Positions 19,177-28,183 of a stretch of DNA of 42,455 bases are shown in pieces. The translations under genes were made by a program, and so were the position numbers. The notes beneath the pieces are model-generated. The model had not been told where the DNA came from and searched no databases. It was given only the letters and a program-made list of their open reading frames with translations. How positions within the stretch are numbered: the stretch's first letter is position 1; each line of letters starts with the position of its first letter. Where the stretch lies: the IMG/VR virus record IMGVR_UViG_3300045988_008427, positions 1 to 42,455 of that record; one strand, written 5' to 3'. Origin of the DNA: a virus.

Positions 19177-19341
19177 ACCGTGCGAGATCGTTCGAACCTG
19201 ATGACGAGACATCATAACGGAGGTGCGGGAGAAAGCAGTCAGAACTTCACCCGTGAAGACCTTCATAAAGAGTGCATCACGATCGCCCGCAGATAGAGCC
19301 TGACCAGGATTAGAAATACCAGTAGCAGCAAGAGCAGCCAT
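19177..19341 (-). CDS. Major capsid protein, exon 1 (55 codons)
   Basis: Hand translation gives MAALAATGISNPGQALSAGDRDALFMKVFTGEVLTAFSRTSVMMSRHQVRTISHG, followed by an in-frame TAA inside the intron. It parallels T7 gp10 ...AAGDKLALFLKVFGGEVLTAFARTSVTTSRHMVRSISSG. It is below the ORF-track cutoff. Confidence 0.85.
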
Positions 19342-19393
19342 TTTTAATTATTTTCCTTTTGAAAAATTATAAGATTGTTGTTATTGAATAAAA

Positions 19394-20179
19394 TTAGACA
19401 CTAGTGGCCCACATTCTCTGTTCGACCTGTCGGGTGTATTCAGGATCCCTGCCATAGCGCTTATCGCTCATAGCCTCGATCACTTCAGATTTGTTTGCAA
19501 ACCCCTTAGGACGATTCACAGGAGTGGCCGTACCGCCATGAATAGACTTATTAGCAGTACCCATCTTGGAAGTCATCTTAGACTTCATGCCTTCAAGCAT
19601 GAGGGAAACAGCTTCCAGATTATTGTTGTCGATTGCTCTGTTAAAGGAGTCAATCGTCTTCTGAGGGAGATTCTTGGATGCCCAATCGACAATACGATTG
19701 TACTCCTTAGTACCCCCTACGGAATCATAAACAGCTTCAGTGAAGCGAGATTCAAGAGCCTTTCGACTCTCAATGAAACCCTCGATAACCTCAGAAGGAT
19801 AACCTGCCTTCTCAAGTTCAGCAACGGTTTCATCAGAGAGCTTACCGCTCTCCTGATATTCTCGGACAGCCTTATTGAAGTCAACACCCTTTTCCTTAAG
19901 GGAGGTCTTCACGGCATCAATAGCCTTTTCGTGCTTGTCTACTTCTTCCTGAAGATTCTCTTGATCTTCATTTCGATCATGAACAGCCACATCATCAGCG
20001 TGACCTTCAGTTCCATTAGCTTGTTCTTCATTATGTTCTTCCCCCGACTTTTCGTTCTGAAGAAGGGGGTCTCCAATATCAGGGTCAACCTCAACCTGAG
20101 TCGTAGAAGACTCAATGATCTCGATACCCTGTGCTTCAGCCTCCTCAGTGAGAGACTGAGGTTCATTAAAGTCAGTCAT
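19394..20179 (-). CDS. Scaffolding protein, T7 gp9-position (acidic)
   Basis: 261 aa, strongly acidic, located between the portal and capsid genes. Confidence 0.7.
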   Translation of the reverse strand: MTDFNEPQSLTEEAEAQGIEIIESSTTQVEVDPDIGDPLLQNEKSGEEHNEEQANGTEGHADDVAVHDRNEDQENLQEEVDKHEKAIDAVKTSLKEKGVDFNKAVREYQESGKLSDETVAELEKAGYPSEVIEGFIESRKALESRFTEAVYDSVGGTKEYNRIVDWASKNLPQKTIDSFNRAIDNNNLEAVSLMLEGMKSKMTSKMGTANKSIHGGTATPVNRPKGFANKSEVIEAMSDKRYGRDPEYTRQVEQRMWATSV

Positions 20180-20221
20180 TAGTTATCCTTTAGTTATTCA
20201 GGTGCCTGCTGTGCTAGTGTT

Positions 20222-21802
20222 CTAGCTTGCTAGCTGTGCTTCATTGACAGCCATCTGTGCACCTGCGTCAATACCCTGTTGCTGGGCATACTGTTCCATA
20301 GCGGCCTGCTGTTCTGCCTGAAGTTCTTCAGGAGTCTTAACTAGACCCGTAGCGTCAATATGAGCCGCCGCAAAGATCCTAGTAGCAAGATTGCCGACAT
20401 TAAGAGCCTGCATAAACTCAGGGAACTGTTGCATCAACTGCAAAGCCTGAGCTAGATTATTAAGATCCTGTCCTCGACCAAGGGCATCAATACCCGTGAT
20501 GATGGTAGGTTCAATCTCTGCAATACTCTCGTCAACCACAGGGAGCAAACCCTGAGATTGCATCTGATTGTAGATACAGGCAACAATAGGAAGCTGTAGC
20601 TCCTGAGACAGGAGAGAATAGACACCGCCTAGGGTATCCTCTAGCTCACCCGCAACGTACCTAATCTCTTCTGCGGTAACTCTGTCTCTACCCATAGCAC
20701 CACTCTGGACTGCAGAGTTCAAGAGGAACGCATAAGACAAACGAGACTCAATCTGTTGAGCAGTAGTGAGTACCGTCTGCATATCCATGCTCTTATTGAG
20801 TTGCATGGGAACAACGTCCTCCATACGACCCCTAACAAAAGCACCGTTCTCCGCCTTAGACAAAGCCCTGATGTTGGTCTGACAAGCAGGAGACACGAGG
20901 TAGAGAACCTTAGAGGCAATCATAGAGATATCCACAATGCTCTTAGAAAGGTTCTCAAGAGAGACAAGGTCACCTAGGTAATCCTCAACAAAGGATCTAC
21001 CGTAGTGCTCGCCGTCCTTCTTGTTGAATCTAAGAGGAATCCAAGGACTCTTGTTTGCAGGATAAGTCTGCTCACTACCTGCGACAGGCTCGCCTTCAAT
21101 CTCCTGATAGGATTCCCACTGATAGGTGTCGCCACTAGCTACTCGGTAAATGTGAGTATAGATGTCGACCTTTTCGTTGATAGTCGGTTCACCAGAATCT
21201 GGGAGAACAGACTGCATGGAATCAGGAAGACTACCGCGGGAAACAGTGTCCTTAGCAACAATCTGAAGGACATTGCCAATAGTGTCTCTCTGAACAGTGT
21301 ACTCACGAAGAGTGTAGCACCTCATACCACCTTCAGCAGGAGGTAGGAACAGAAGTGCATTGCCTGCAATGATAAGTTGCTTAATAGCTTCAAACAGAGT
21401 CGGTCTAAGAGACTGAGACTCCATATACTTAATCATCTGTTGTTCCATCATGGACAAACCGTATTCGATATTGTCCTTCATCTGGTCATCAGCAGACTCA
21501 TTAAGAGCTACCGTAGACTCCGAGTCCAACCCCAGTCTAAAGAAAGGTTGATTAGGAGGCAACAGAGAAAGAAGAAGTTTAGAGGCAAGATTATTAAGAC
21601 CCCTAGCACCCACAGAATTGTAAGGAGTGGAATAGTTAGTACCACCATCATCAGACTCCTTAGGAAAGAGCATAGGGATCGTGTAGGTCGCACACTTTTC
21701 TGCTCTCTGAGTGTATGGGTCTCTGTCTGTCGTGAGTTTGTCATAGGTCGTCTTAGCTCCTTCAAGAGGGATATTACCTGCCTGATGTTCAGCACTAGCC
21801 AT
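20222..21802 (-). CDS. Portal (head-tail connector), T7 gp8-like
   Basis: ARGLNNLASKLLLSLLP, TLFEAIKQLIIAGNALLFLP and VTAEEIRYVAGELEDTLGGVYSLLSQELQLPIV closely parallel T7 gp8. Confidence 0.92.
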   Translation of the reverse strand: MASAEHQAGNIPLEGAKTTYDKLTTDRDPYTQRAEKCATYTIPMLFPKESDDGGTNYSTPYNSVGARGLNNLASKLLLSLLPPNQPFFRLGLDSESTVALNESADDQMKDNIEYGLSMMEQQMIKYMESQSLRPTLFEAIKQLIIAGNALLFLPPAEGGMRCYTLREYTVQRDTIGNVLQIVAKDTVSRGSLPDSMQSVLPDSGEPTINEKVDIYTHIYRVASGDTYQWESYQEIEGEPVAGSEQTYPANKSPWIPLRFNKKDGEHYGRSFVEDYLGDLVSLENLSKSIVDISMIASKVLYLVSPACQTNIRALSKAENGAFVRGRMEDVVPMQLNKSMDMQTVLTTAQQIESRLSYAFLLNSAVQSGAMGRDRVTAEEIRYVAGELEDTLGGVYSLLSQELQLPIVACIYNQMQSQGLLPVVDESIAEIEPTIITGIDALGRGQDLNNLAQALQLMQQFPEFMQALNVGNLATRIFAAAHIDATGLVKTPEELQAEQQAAMEQYAQQQGIDAGAQMAVNEAQLAS

Positions 21803-21819
21803 ACCACATATCCCTCATG

Positions 21820-22083
21820 TTAGACAAGGTTACGGCCTGCACCTGCAGACACTTCAGCATTCCCCGCCTTCTTGATTCTAAGTCCCTTCTTGCCCTTACG
21901 GAGCTGGACCTTTTCGGTTTCTTTCTTCTTCTCAGCTTCACCCTCAGTGTTCGTAAGCTCAAGCTCAGGAGCAGGCGTAGGAGCCTCAGGGGCACCACCA
22001 CCACCACCACCACCTCGGTAAGCACCAAAAGATGCGACCTTTACAACCTTCTTAAAAGCCTTCTTAAGGGAACCAAATCCCAT
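21820..22083 (-). CDS. Small basic virion protein, T7 gp7.3-like
   Basis: The N-terminal SLKKAFKKVVKV and C-terminal KGKKGLRI resemble T7 gp7.3 (KKVKKAVKKVTK ... GGKKSLSV) as I remember it. It contains a Gly7 run encoded by (GGT)7. Confidence 0.5.
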   Translation of the reverse strand: MGFGSLKKAFKKVVKVASFGAYRGGGGGGGAPEAPTPAPELELTNTEGEAEKKKETEKVQLRKGKKGLRIKKAGNAEVSAGAGRNLV

Positions 22084-22085
22084 TA

Positions 22086-22604
22086 TTAAATTTCCTTGTA
22101 AAAAGTTTTGTATGAAGAGTAACCCAAGTGTTTCTCAAAAGTATTTTCCAACACCTTGTTGCTGAGCGTATTGGCATTAGAGAAGGCTAGGAGTTTTACG
22201 TCAATACCTGCTCTCTTTTCAAGCACATAAGCCATTGCTCTAGACAAACCCAAACCCTTTTGGAAAGCTACAGAACACTCTTCATTTAGAAAAGTTACTC
22301 CCTCAGGTGCATACCAAGGTCTCCCCCTAGACACTAGGGATGCACCCGAGAGAGCATTTTCTTTGTTATAGAAAACAAGGATGATGAAGTCTTCAAATTC
22401 ACCACTAATGACACCCTTAAGAAACCTACGTACTACACGTACATCAGCATATTTCTTAATGAAAGGGAGGGAGTCAGGGTCATCTTTGATTATCTTTGCA
22501 CCCTTGTCAATGATCTGTTCTAGGATGTCTCCATCACTGGGCTGTAAGACACCAATCCTAGATACGTTACTTAGGGATGTTAGTCCCTCTTCCAGAACCC
22601 ACAT
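22086..22604 (-). CDS. GNAT-like N-acetyltransferase candidate in the T7 gp7 position
   Basis: QKGLGLSRAMAYVLEKR resembles GNAT motif A (Q/R-x-x-G-x-G/A). The start was set to the ATG at 22604, which overlaps the upstream gene by 38 nt. Confidence 0.35.
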   Translation of the reverse strand: MWVLEEGLTSLSNVSRIGVLQPSDGDILEQIIDKGAKIIKDDPDSLPFIKKYADVRVVRRFLKGVISGEFEDFIILVFYNKENALSGASLVSRGRPWYAPEGVTFLNEECSVAFQKGLGLSRAMAYVLEKRAGIDVKLLAFSNANTLSNKVLENTFEKHLGYSSYKTFYKEI

Positions 22605-22761
22605 AGTCAATCCTCAGAGCCTTCTTGCCCTTGTTCTTCTTGTGTTCTGCAGTTTCTTCAGCACCCATTTCAGGAGCCTCAGGTTCGAGCACAGGTTGCT
22701 CAATGGCAGGAGCCTGAACCTTAACTTCGGGAACCTTAGGTTTACTAAAGAGTCCACCCAT
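22567..22761 (-). CDS. Small virion protein, T7 gp6.7-like
   Basis: MGGLFSKPKVPEVK ... KGKKALRI resembles T7 gp6.7 (MCFSPKIKTPK ... GRKGLKV) as I remember it. It also shares the KGKK-x-LRI motif with ORF 21820..22083. Confidence 0.45.
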   Translation of the reverse strand: MGGLFSKPKVPEVKVQAPAIEQPVLEPEAPEMGAEETAEHKKNKGKKALRIDYVGSGRGTNIPK

Positions 22762-22964
22762 TAATTATCTCCATTCTGTTTATCGTGTTTATGTCTAAGG
22801 TAGGTAACAACCTGCTGAATACCTAGAAGAGTCTCATTACTCTTTTCATACCAAATCATCTTTCGAATGTCAAAGACATCCTCAAGTTTCTCAATGAGAT
22901 CCTTAGGAACATAAGGAAACTCTTCTTCCTCAACAACGTTGTTTTCTTCTACTTCTTTGTTCAT
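22761..22964 (-). CDS. Hypothetical protein (67 aa), first gene after the promoter variant
   Basis: ATG-started ORF with an AGGAGG SD 5 nt upstream. Confidence 0.5.
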   Translation of the reverse strand: MNKEVEENNVVEEEEFPYVPKDLIEKLEDVFDIRKMIWYEKSNETLLGIQQVVTYLRHKHDKQNGDN

Positions 22965-22969
22965 GTCTT

Positions 22970-22998
22970 CCTCCTACCTAGGACTATTGATTTAATTA
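22970..22998 (-). promoter_or_regulatory. Variant phage RNAP promoter (equivalent to T7 phi6.5 by position)
   Basis: The minus strand reads AATTAAATCAATAGTCCTAGGTAGGAGG, with 3 mismatches to the family core. A more degenerate copy lies just upstream at 23003..23030. Confidence 0.5.
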
Positions 22999-23026
22999 AA
23001 AATAGCCCTAGGGGTATTAGTATTGA

Positions 23027-23791
23027 TTAAAAGGGGTTGTACTTCTTAGGTAGACCCTCAGATTCACTTAAAGGGTAATCTTCATAGTGCAAGATTCTAG
23101 CCATTGTTGCCTCTCTAATGGCATCCTCTTCAGTAAGACCCTGAGACTTGAAGGCTTTCAAAACCTCAGGCCACCATTCAGAATCAGGGTGCCCATTAAG
23201 GAGCTTATTGGCTTTCACAGGGCCATAAGTGGGACATCCCTTATAGCCGTCTGTAACGTCCCCTACTAGGGTCTGGTAGCACAGCCATTTCTTGGAGTCC
23301 TTCTCAGTGATGTTATGCAAGACATCATTACCGAAATCATAAAAGTAACCGGGGATTGTCTTGAAATCCTTGTCCATAGACACTGAGACACAAATATCTT
23401 TATAGACAGGACTAGTGCAGTAGATACCCACAACATCATCAGCTTCAAGATACTTGACTGTATAAGAAGTGTAGGTTTCTTTAATCTTGTCTACTAGACC
23501 TTTGTAACAACAAGGTTTACGACTAGATCTCCTATTGGACTTATAGTCAGGATTGTAGGATTTCCTAAAGTTATCCTCATCGGAGAAACAGAATACATAG
23601 GTAATCTCTTCACCAATAAAATGCTTAGCCAGTTTTTCATCAATAGCAATAAGCATGTCGGTAAAGTAATCCCATGCGTCATCCACTTCGGCATGGCAAG
23701 TCCAAAGACCATCACCCCAGTCGATGTCCTTCTGGACAGCAGAGGATGCCTTAAAGGCTAGAATGTCACCGTCTACAAAAGCATACCGCAT
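23027..23791 (-). CDS. 5'-3' exonuclease, T7 gp6-like (FEN/PIN-type)
   Basis: The N-terminal FVDGDILAFKA acidic site and LVGDVTDGYKGCPTYGPVKANKLL (an H3TH-like motif) are present. It lies downstream of the DNA polymerase. Confidence 0.8.
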   Translation of the reverse strand: MRYAFVDGDILAFKASSAVQKDIDWGDGLWTCHAEVDDAWDYFTDMLIAIDEKLAKHFIGEEITYVFCFSDEDNFRKSYNPDYKSNRRSSRKPCCYKGLVDKIKETYTSYTVKYLEADDVVGIYCTSPVYKDICVSVSMDKDFKTIPGYFYDFGNDVLHNITEKDSKKWLCYQTLVGDVTDGYKGCPTYGPVKANKLLNGHPDSEWWPEVLKAFKSQGLTEEDAIREATMARILHYEDYPLSESEGLPKKYNPF

Positions 23792-23991
23792 TATTCACAA
23801 GCCTTAAGAATAGCATATGCCTTACAAGTGAGCTTCCAATAATTAGTGACCTCACTATAGTAATTAAGGCAAGTAATGTGGCCCCTAGAGGCCGCCTCAG
23901 CAATCAGCTTTGCATTCTCACGACAGAAGTCCGCCTGAAATTTCGGATTATTCTGGTCAATATACTTAAGAAAGTTAAGATACTTATTCAT
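23791..23991 (-). CDS. Hypothetical protein (66 aa)
   Basis: The start was moved to the ATG at 23991, coupled to the upstream stop at 23984..23986. Confidence 0.45.
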   Translation of the reverse strand: MNKYLNFLKYIDQNNPKFQADFCRENAKLIAEAASRGHITCLNYYSEVTNYWKLTCKAYAILKACE

Positions 23992-24316
23992 TTTCTTTCT
24001 GGGATCCCTCATAGTAAACACTCTCTTCTTCCCAATCAACTTCATAACCAAGACGTTCAAGAATCTCATAAAAGATTTCTTTGTCAGTCCAGTCTTCATA
24101 GAGTTTACAAGGATTTGGAATGTGCTTAAAAAGCAGTTTACCGTTCAATCGAACTTCGGCACCGCCTGCAGTCCCAAAAACAGGATCCGTCTTGTAGAGC
24201 CACTTAATGTCAACAACACTCTTTTTGTTGGTCTTACACAATGCCATTACCTCCTTAGGTTCATGCTTCTTAAGAACCTTTTCAATCTCTTCTACGGTCA
24301 TAGGTCTACGAATCAT
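23984..24316 (-). CDS. Hypothetical protein (110 aa)
   Basis: The ATG at 24316 is preceded by TAAGGAGTGG. Confidence 0.5.
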   Translation of the reverse strand: MIRRPMTVEEIEKVLKKHEPKEVMALCKTNKKSVVDIKWLYKTDPVFGTAGGAEVRLNGKLLFKHIPNPCKLYEDWTDKEIFYEILERLGYEVDWEEESVYYEGSQKENE

Positions 24317-24325
24317 AACCACTCC

Positions 24326-26242
24326 TTAGTGACAAGAATACCAGTTGGTACCAATCTTACCTTCGGTGTCCAACTGACAGTTAAAATTAAAGAACTTCTG
24401 AGTCTGCCTCATGGATTCCTGTGCAATCCTTACACAGTCCTCTGCGATTTCCTTGGTTCTACAAGCTACCTGAACCTCATCATGCACCCATGCCATCATG
24501 GCAAAATCACCGTCCCAACCGTGCTTGTACCCAGCCTTACGCATGTTCTCCTCAACAAGGCATACCCATTTCTTGCAGATAAGGGCACCTGCAGATTGCA
24601 ACAGGGTATTCAGAGCCGAGTGAGGGCTTCGCACATAAACAACGCGACGATCAAGCCCAAGAATACTGTGAGTAATACTAAGATTACTGTTATCAGGGTG
24701 AGCACGTTTCCTCCAAGTTACCTTATTGACACCTCCGACCCATTCAGAGGATGTGATGAGAGTCCTTTCAATATCTGAACAGAGTTCCTTATAGGCAGGT
24801 ACTGCATTAAAGAACCTCTCCTTAAGAGCCTTACCGTCCTTTGCAGTGCCGTTGATGACTTCTCCGAGCTTACCGTCGCCACCACCGTACATCATACAGT
24901 AGATCATAGTCTTCGCTTGATCTCTTGTAGGCAACCCTGCCATCTTCTGGTTATGAGTATGAATGTCACCATTCAAGATCTCATTTACGTATTCCCCATG
25001 GTCATAAGGGTAGAGAAAATGAGCAAAGCACCTAAGCTCAAGACCTGAAGCGTCGATGCCCGCCTCATACCATCCAGTAGGGACTCTAAAAAGAGACCTG
25101 CATTCCTCCCCATAAGGAGATCTACCTGCAGGTACCTGTGCAACATTAGGATAAGCATGAGTTGCACGACCAGTGACAGCCCCATTAGGATTAACAGAAC
25201 CGTGAATGCGAGTGTAACCATCAGGATCCTCCTTCATCAACTTTAGCCACGCATTGTCACCCTCAGCAAGCTGTGCAATACGCTTGTTAATAAGCAAATA
25301 CTCCAAGATGTCCTCAGTAATGTCAATATCCTTAGCAGTCTTCAGAGTCTCTTCGTCAACCTTAGGGGCACCCGTAGGAGTCATTTCAGTAGGCTCCCAG
25401 CCTCGATCCATGAGAACCTTTGCAATGTGTTGGCGACTATTGGGGTTAAAGGTAACCTCTTCATACTGAGGGTAAGGGACACCTGCCTTAATGCCACGCT
25501 TAGCGTTATCTCGCTTATAGATCTTGTCTCCCTTATAGACAGTCCAAGATCCACCTTTTGAAACAAGGTTCTCATAAAGAACCTGTCGCTTACCTGACAA
25601 TTCGGAATATAGTTTGACTGCTTGATCTTTATCAAAGACAAACCCATTGCGTTCTTGCTTAGCCATCACCCAAGCAATGTCATGCTCAAGTTGGATAGCC
25701 TTCAAAGGGTAACCCTTAGCCATCAGCTTATTGAAGAGCTTATGGGTAACCACAACGTCCTGCTTGTTGTACTCATACATCTCATGAGTAAACTTGTCCC
25801 ATGCGTCCTCATGTTCGCCATAGGTGCCCTTCAGTTCACCCATACGGTAACCATAAGCCTTCAAGCTGTGGGAACCATAGAGAGCCTTAGGGAGCTTTCC
25901 AGAACGCATAAGACCAACGTCAGTGTCCTTGATGTTCGAGTAGATCAGACGGGCAAGAACAAGAGTGTCAATACATACATCTCGAACATCAAATGCAAAT
26001 CTCTCACCCTTAAGCTTCTTAAGAGCAGGGATGTCGAATTTGCAGATATTGTGGCCAACAATGTTGTATCCACTAGTCCCATACTTATTCAGCACATCAA
26101 AGAACTCATCAAGATCCGTGTAACCAGTGTACAAATCAGTATAAGAATCGTACAACCAACCACACCAGAACCTCTTAGTGGTGTCTAACAGTCCGTCTGT
26201 TTCAATGTCTGTAATAACGAATTTGTCTTTAATTGTCAGCAT
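24326..26242 (-). CDS. DNA polymerase, family A, T7 gp5-like
   Basis: Exo I is ITDIETDGL, motif A is DASGLELR, motif B is KTMIYCMMYGGG and motif C is VHDEVQ. At 638 aa it is shorter than T7 gp5. Confidence 0.92.
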   Translation of the reverse strand: MLTIKDKFVITDIETDGLLDTTKRFWCGWLYDSYTDLYTGYTDLDEFFDVLNKYGTSGYNIVGHNICKFDIPALKKLKGERFAFDVRDVCIDTLVLARLIYSNIKDTDVGLMRSGKLPKALYGSHSLKAYGYRMGELKGTYGEHEDAWDKFTHEMYEYNKQDVVVTHKLFNKLMAKGYPLKAIQLEHDIAWVMAKQERNGFVFDKDQAVKLYSELSGKRQVLYENLVSKGGSWTVYKGDKIYKRDNAKRGIKAGVPYPQYEEVTFNPNSRQHIAKVLMDRGWEPTEMTPTGAPKVDEETLKTAKDIDITEDILEYLLINKRIAQLAEGDNAWLKLMKEDPDGYTRIHGSVNPNGAVTGRATHAYPNVAQVPAGRSPYGEECRSLFRVPTGWYEAGIDASGLELRCFAHFLYPYDHGEYVNEILNGDIHTHNQKMAGLPTRDQAKTMIYCMMYGGGDGKLGEVINGTAKDGKALKERFFNAVPAYKELCSDIERTLITSSEWVGGVNKVTWRKRAHPDNSNLSITHSILGLDRRVVYVRSPHSALNTLLQSAGALICKKWVCLVEENMRKAGYKHGWDGDFAMMAWVHDEVQVACRTKEIAEDCVRIAQESMRQTQKFFNFNCQLDTEGKIGTNWYSCH

Positions 26243-26524
26243 TTTCTATTCCTTAAATAGCTTTGCTAAAAAGATCCTACAGGAATACCAAAAGGGAGAT
26301 TCCTGTAATGGTAATCAACCACATTGCAATCACGTAGATCACGAATACCCGAAAGCTCAGGTCTCTGTAATCAGCAGAATCCTGATGATCAGAGGCTAGA
26401 AGCACAGGAGCAATAGGAAGTAACAGGACCACCCAAAAGAATGAGATTACACGATACTTAAAAGGCGTGTCCTTGTCGTAATACTAGAAAGTAAGTGGGG
26501 AAATAAACTCTTTAAAACTCATTA

Positions 26525-28180
26525 TCAAAACTCCGATTCAAAGGGGCAATCTTCAGACCCCTGTGGGCAATCCTTGAGTCTACCTGTTTCAGGATCATAC
26601 TCAAGGTATCCACTGATACCAGTGTCCCCGCAAAAGCGATTCTTGAGGACTCTGAGAGTCAACACGTTAGGATTATCACCCTGTTGATTTCTCTCAAGGC
26701 CAATCACCATGTCAGAGAGCTGTGCAATAGCTCCAGACCCTCTAAGTTGACTAAGGGATACCTGTGCCCCCTCTTCGTGTCCCTTCTTCTCAGGACGCTT
26801 AAGGTGAGATACTACGAACATGGTAGCTCCAGTCTCTTCCACAAGGGAACGAAGGTTTGTCATGAGCTTGTCAATAGCTTTACGCTCACCACCATCCTCA
26901 TCGGCATCCATGCCAGAGACCACAATGGAGATATGGTCAAGGAAGATACGCTTGCATCCTAGGGACACAATCATGTACCTAAGTTTACTAAGCAGATTAC
27001 CTGAATCAAGTGAGCCAAAATGGTCGTATAGGAAAAATTTTCCATTCCCAATTGTTTCATTAAAAGCTCTGCCTCGTTCATCTTCATCTGCACCCTCAGG
27101 GTCGAGTATGAGTCGCTTATTGAGATGAATCGACATGAGTTCCAACCCAGTTTTTCGAGTAGATTCTTCAAGAGCAACAATTCCGCAAAGTTCTCCCCGC
27201 TGAACACCAAAGTAGTATTCGAGTTCTCTGAGGATTGTGGATTTACCCATTCCACTACCACTTGTGAAGACATACAGTTCACCATGTCTAGCTCCTTTAG
27301 TTTTGTTCTGAAGTGCAACCCAAGGGTACTCAACAGAGTCCTTGAGGTCGTCAATGTCAGTTACGCACTTCTCATACAAGTCTGTACCTGAAACAATTCC
27401 GTCGGGTCTGTACGGCTTGGCATTCCACACAGCTTGAAGAACCTCAGGACCCTTGCCTTCACTAAGGCATTCATTAGGATCCTTACAAGGAAGATTAGCA
27501 ATATATGCCTTACCTGCAGGCAGTATCTTTGCACACTCTTCACTTGCTTTTCTACCCGGATCATCCATGTCAAACATTAGGATGACTTCTTCGAAATTTC
27601 CTAAATACTCAAGGTTGGCCTCAATAGCCTTCTTTGCCCCTTGTGCCCCATTAGGGATACTCACAACAGGCCACTTGTTACCCTGAAGTTGGCTCACAGT
27701 AAGACAATCAATCTCACCTTCAGTGATGACAATCTTCTTACCACTAGCCCACAATTGGGAACCATAAAGCCTATTAGAGATACTCCCAAGGACAGCAAAG
27801 GACTTATCGGGGAACCTGAGCTTCTGCCCCACAAGGTTCCCCGAATCGTCGTAGTAGCACGCTACTTGGCAAGGCTTCCCTTTGTAAACAGTAGAAAAAT
27901 ACTTGAATTTAGAGCAAGTATCTTTACTAATACAGCGCTTAGTAAGGGAAACCTCTTCAAGATCTCCTAGAGGAATACAATCCTTAGACACTCTAACCAC
28001 CTCACTCTTTACAGACCCATCAGTCTTTACAGACCCATCAGTCTTTACAGACCCATCAGGTCTAAAATAAGTATTACAAGAATAACAAAACCTATGGCCA
28101 TCACTAAAGACGCCACAGGCGTCAGAGGAGCCACACTTAGGACAAGGTTCATGATAAAGGAATGTACTCTCTTTATTCAT
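26525..28180 (-). CDS. Primase-helicase, T7 gp4-like
   Basis: The zinc finger is CPKCGSSDACGVFSDGHRFCYSC. A TOPRIM region (ITEGEIDCLT...MFDMDDPG) and Walker A (TSGSGMGKST) are present. Confidence 0.92.
   Translation of the reverse strand: MNKESTFLYHEPCPKCGSSDACGVFSDGHRFCYSCNTYFRPDGSVKTDGSVKTDGSVKSEVVRVSKDCIPLGDLEEVSLTKRCISKDTCSKFKYFSTVYKGKPCQVACYYDDSGNLVGQKLRFPDKSFAVLGSISNRLYGSQLWASGKKIVITEGEIDCLTVSQLQGNKWPVVSIPNGAQGAKKAIEANLEYLGNFEEVILMFDMDDPGRKASEECAKILPAGKAYIANLPCKDPNECLSEGKGPEVLQAVWNAKPYRPDGIVSGTDLYEKCVTDIDDLKDSVEYPWVALQNKTKGARHGELYVFTSGSGMGKSTILRELEYYFGVQRGELCGIVALEESTRKTGLELMSIHLNKRLILDPEGADEDERGRAFNETIGNGKFFLYDHFGSLDSGNLLSKLRYMIVSLGCKRIFLDHISIVVSGMDADEDGGERKAIDKLMTNLRSLVEETGATMFVVSHLKRPEKKGHEEGAQVSLSQLRGSGAIAQLSDMVIGLERNQQGDNPNVLTLRVLKNRFCGDTGISGYLEYDPETGRLKDCPQGSEDCPFESEF
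28006..28059 (-). repeat. Perfect 18-bp x3 in-frame tandem repeat inside the primase-helicase gene
   Basis: TCTTTACAGACCCATCAG occurs 3 times on the plus strand. It encodes DGSVKT DGSVKT DGSVK between the zinc finger and the primase core. Confidence 0.95.
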
Positions 28181-28183
28181 CTT

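Noticed and set aside
19342-19393. A perfect TATAAT and a CTAATTTTATTCAATAAC motif upstream of the capsid gene, considered as a late promoter
   Set aside because: There is no acceptable -35 at 16-18 nt, and only partial similarity to the phage promoter family, which lacks the CCTAGGGAGA start region. It is noted in the promoter finding but not called as a feature.
26277-26432. A possible two-TM small ORF in the 283-nt gap between the primase-helicase and DNA polymerase genes
   Set aside because: The open frame (…ISFFWVVLLLPIAPVLLA…VIAMWLITITGISLLVFL) has no ATG before the first TM. Only a GTG without an SD is available, and it would truncate that helix. It may be a decayed gene. The plus-strand ORF 26178..26399 is also unsupported.
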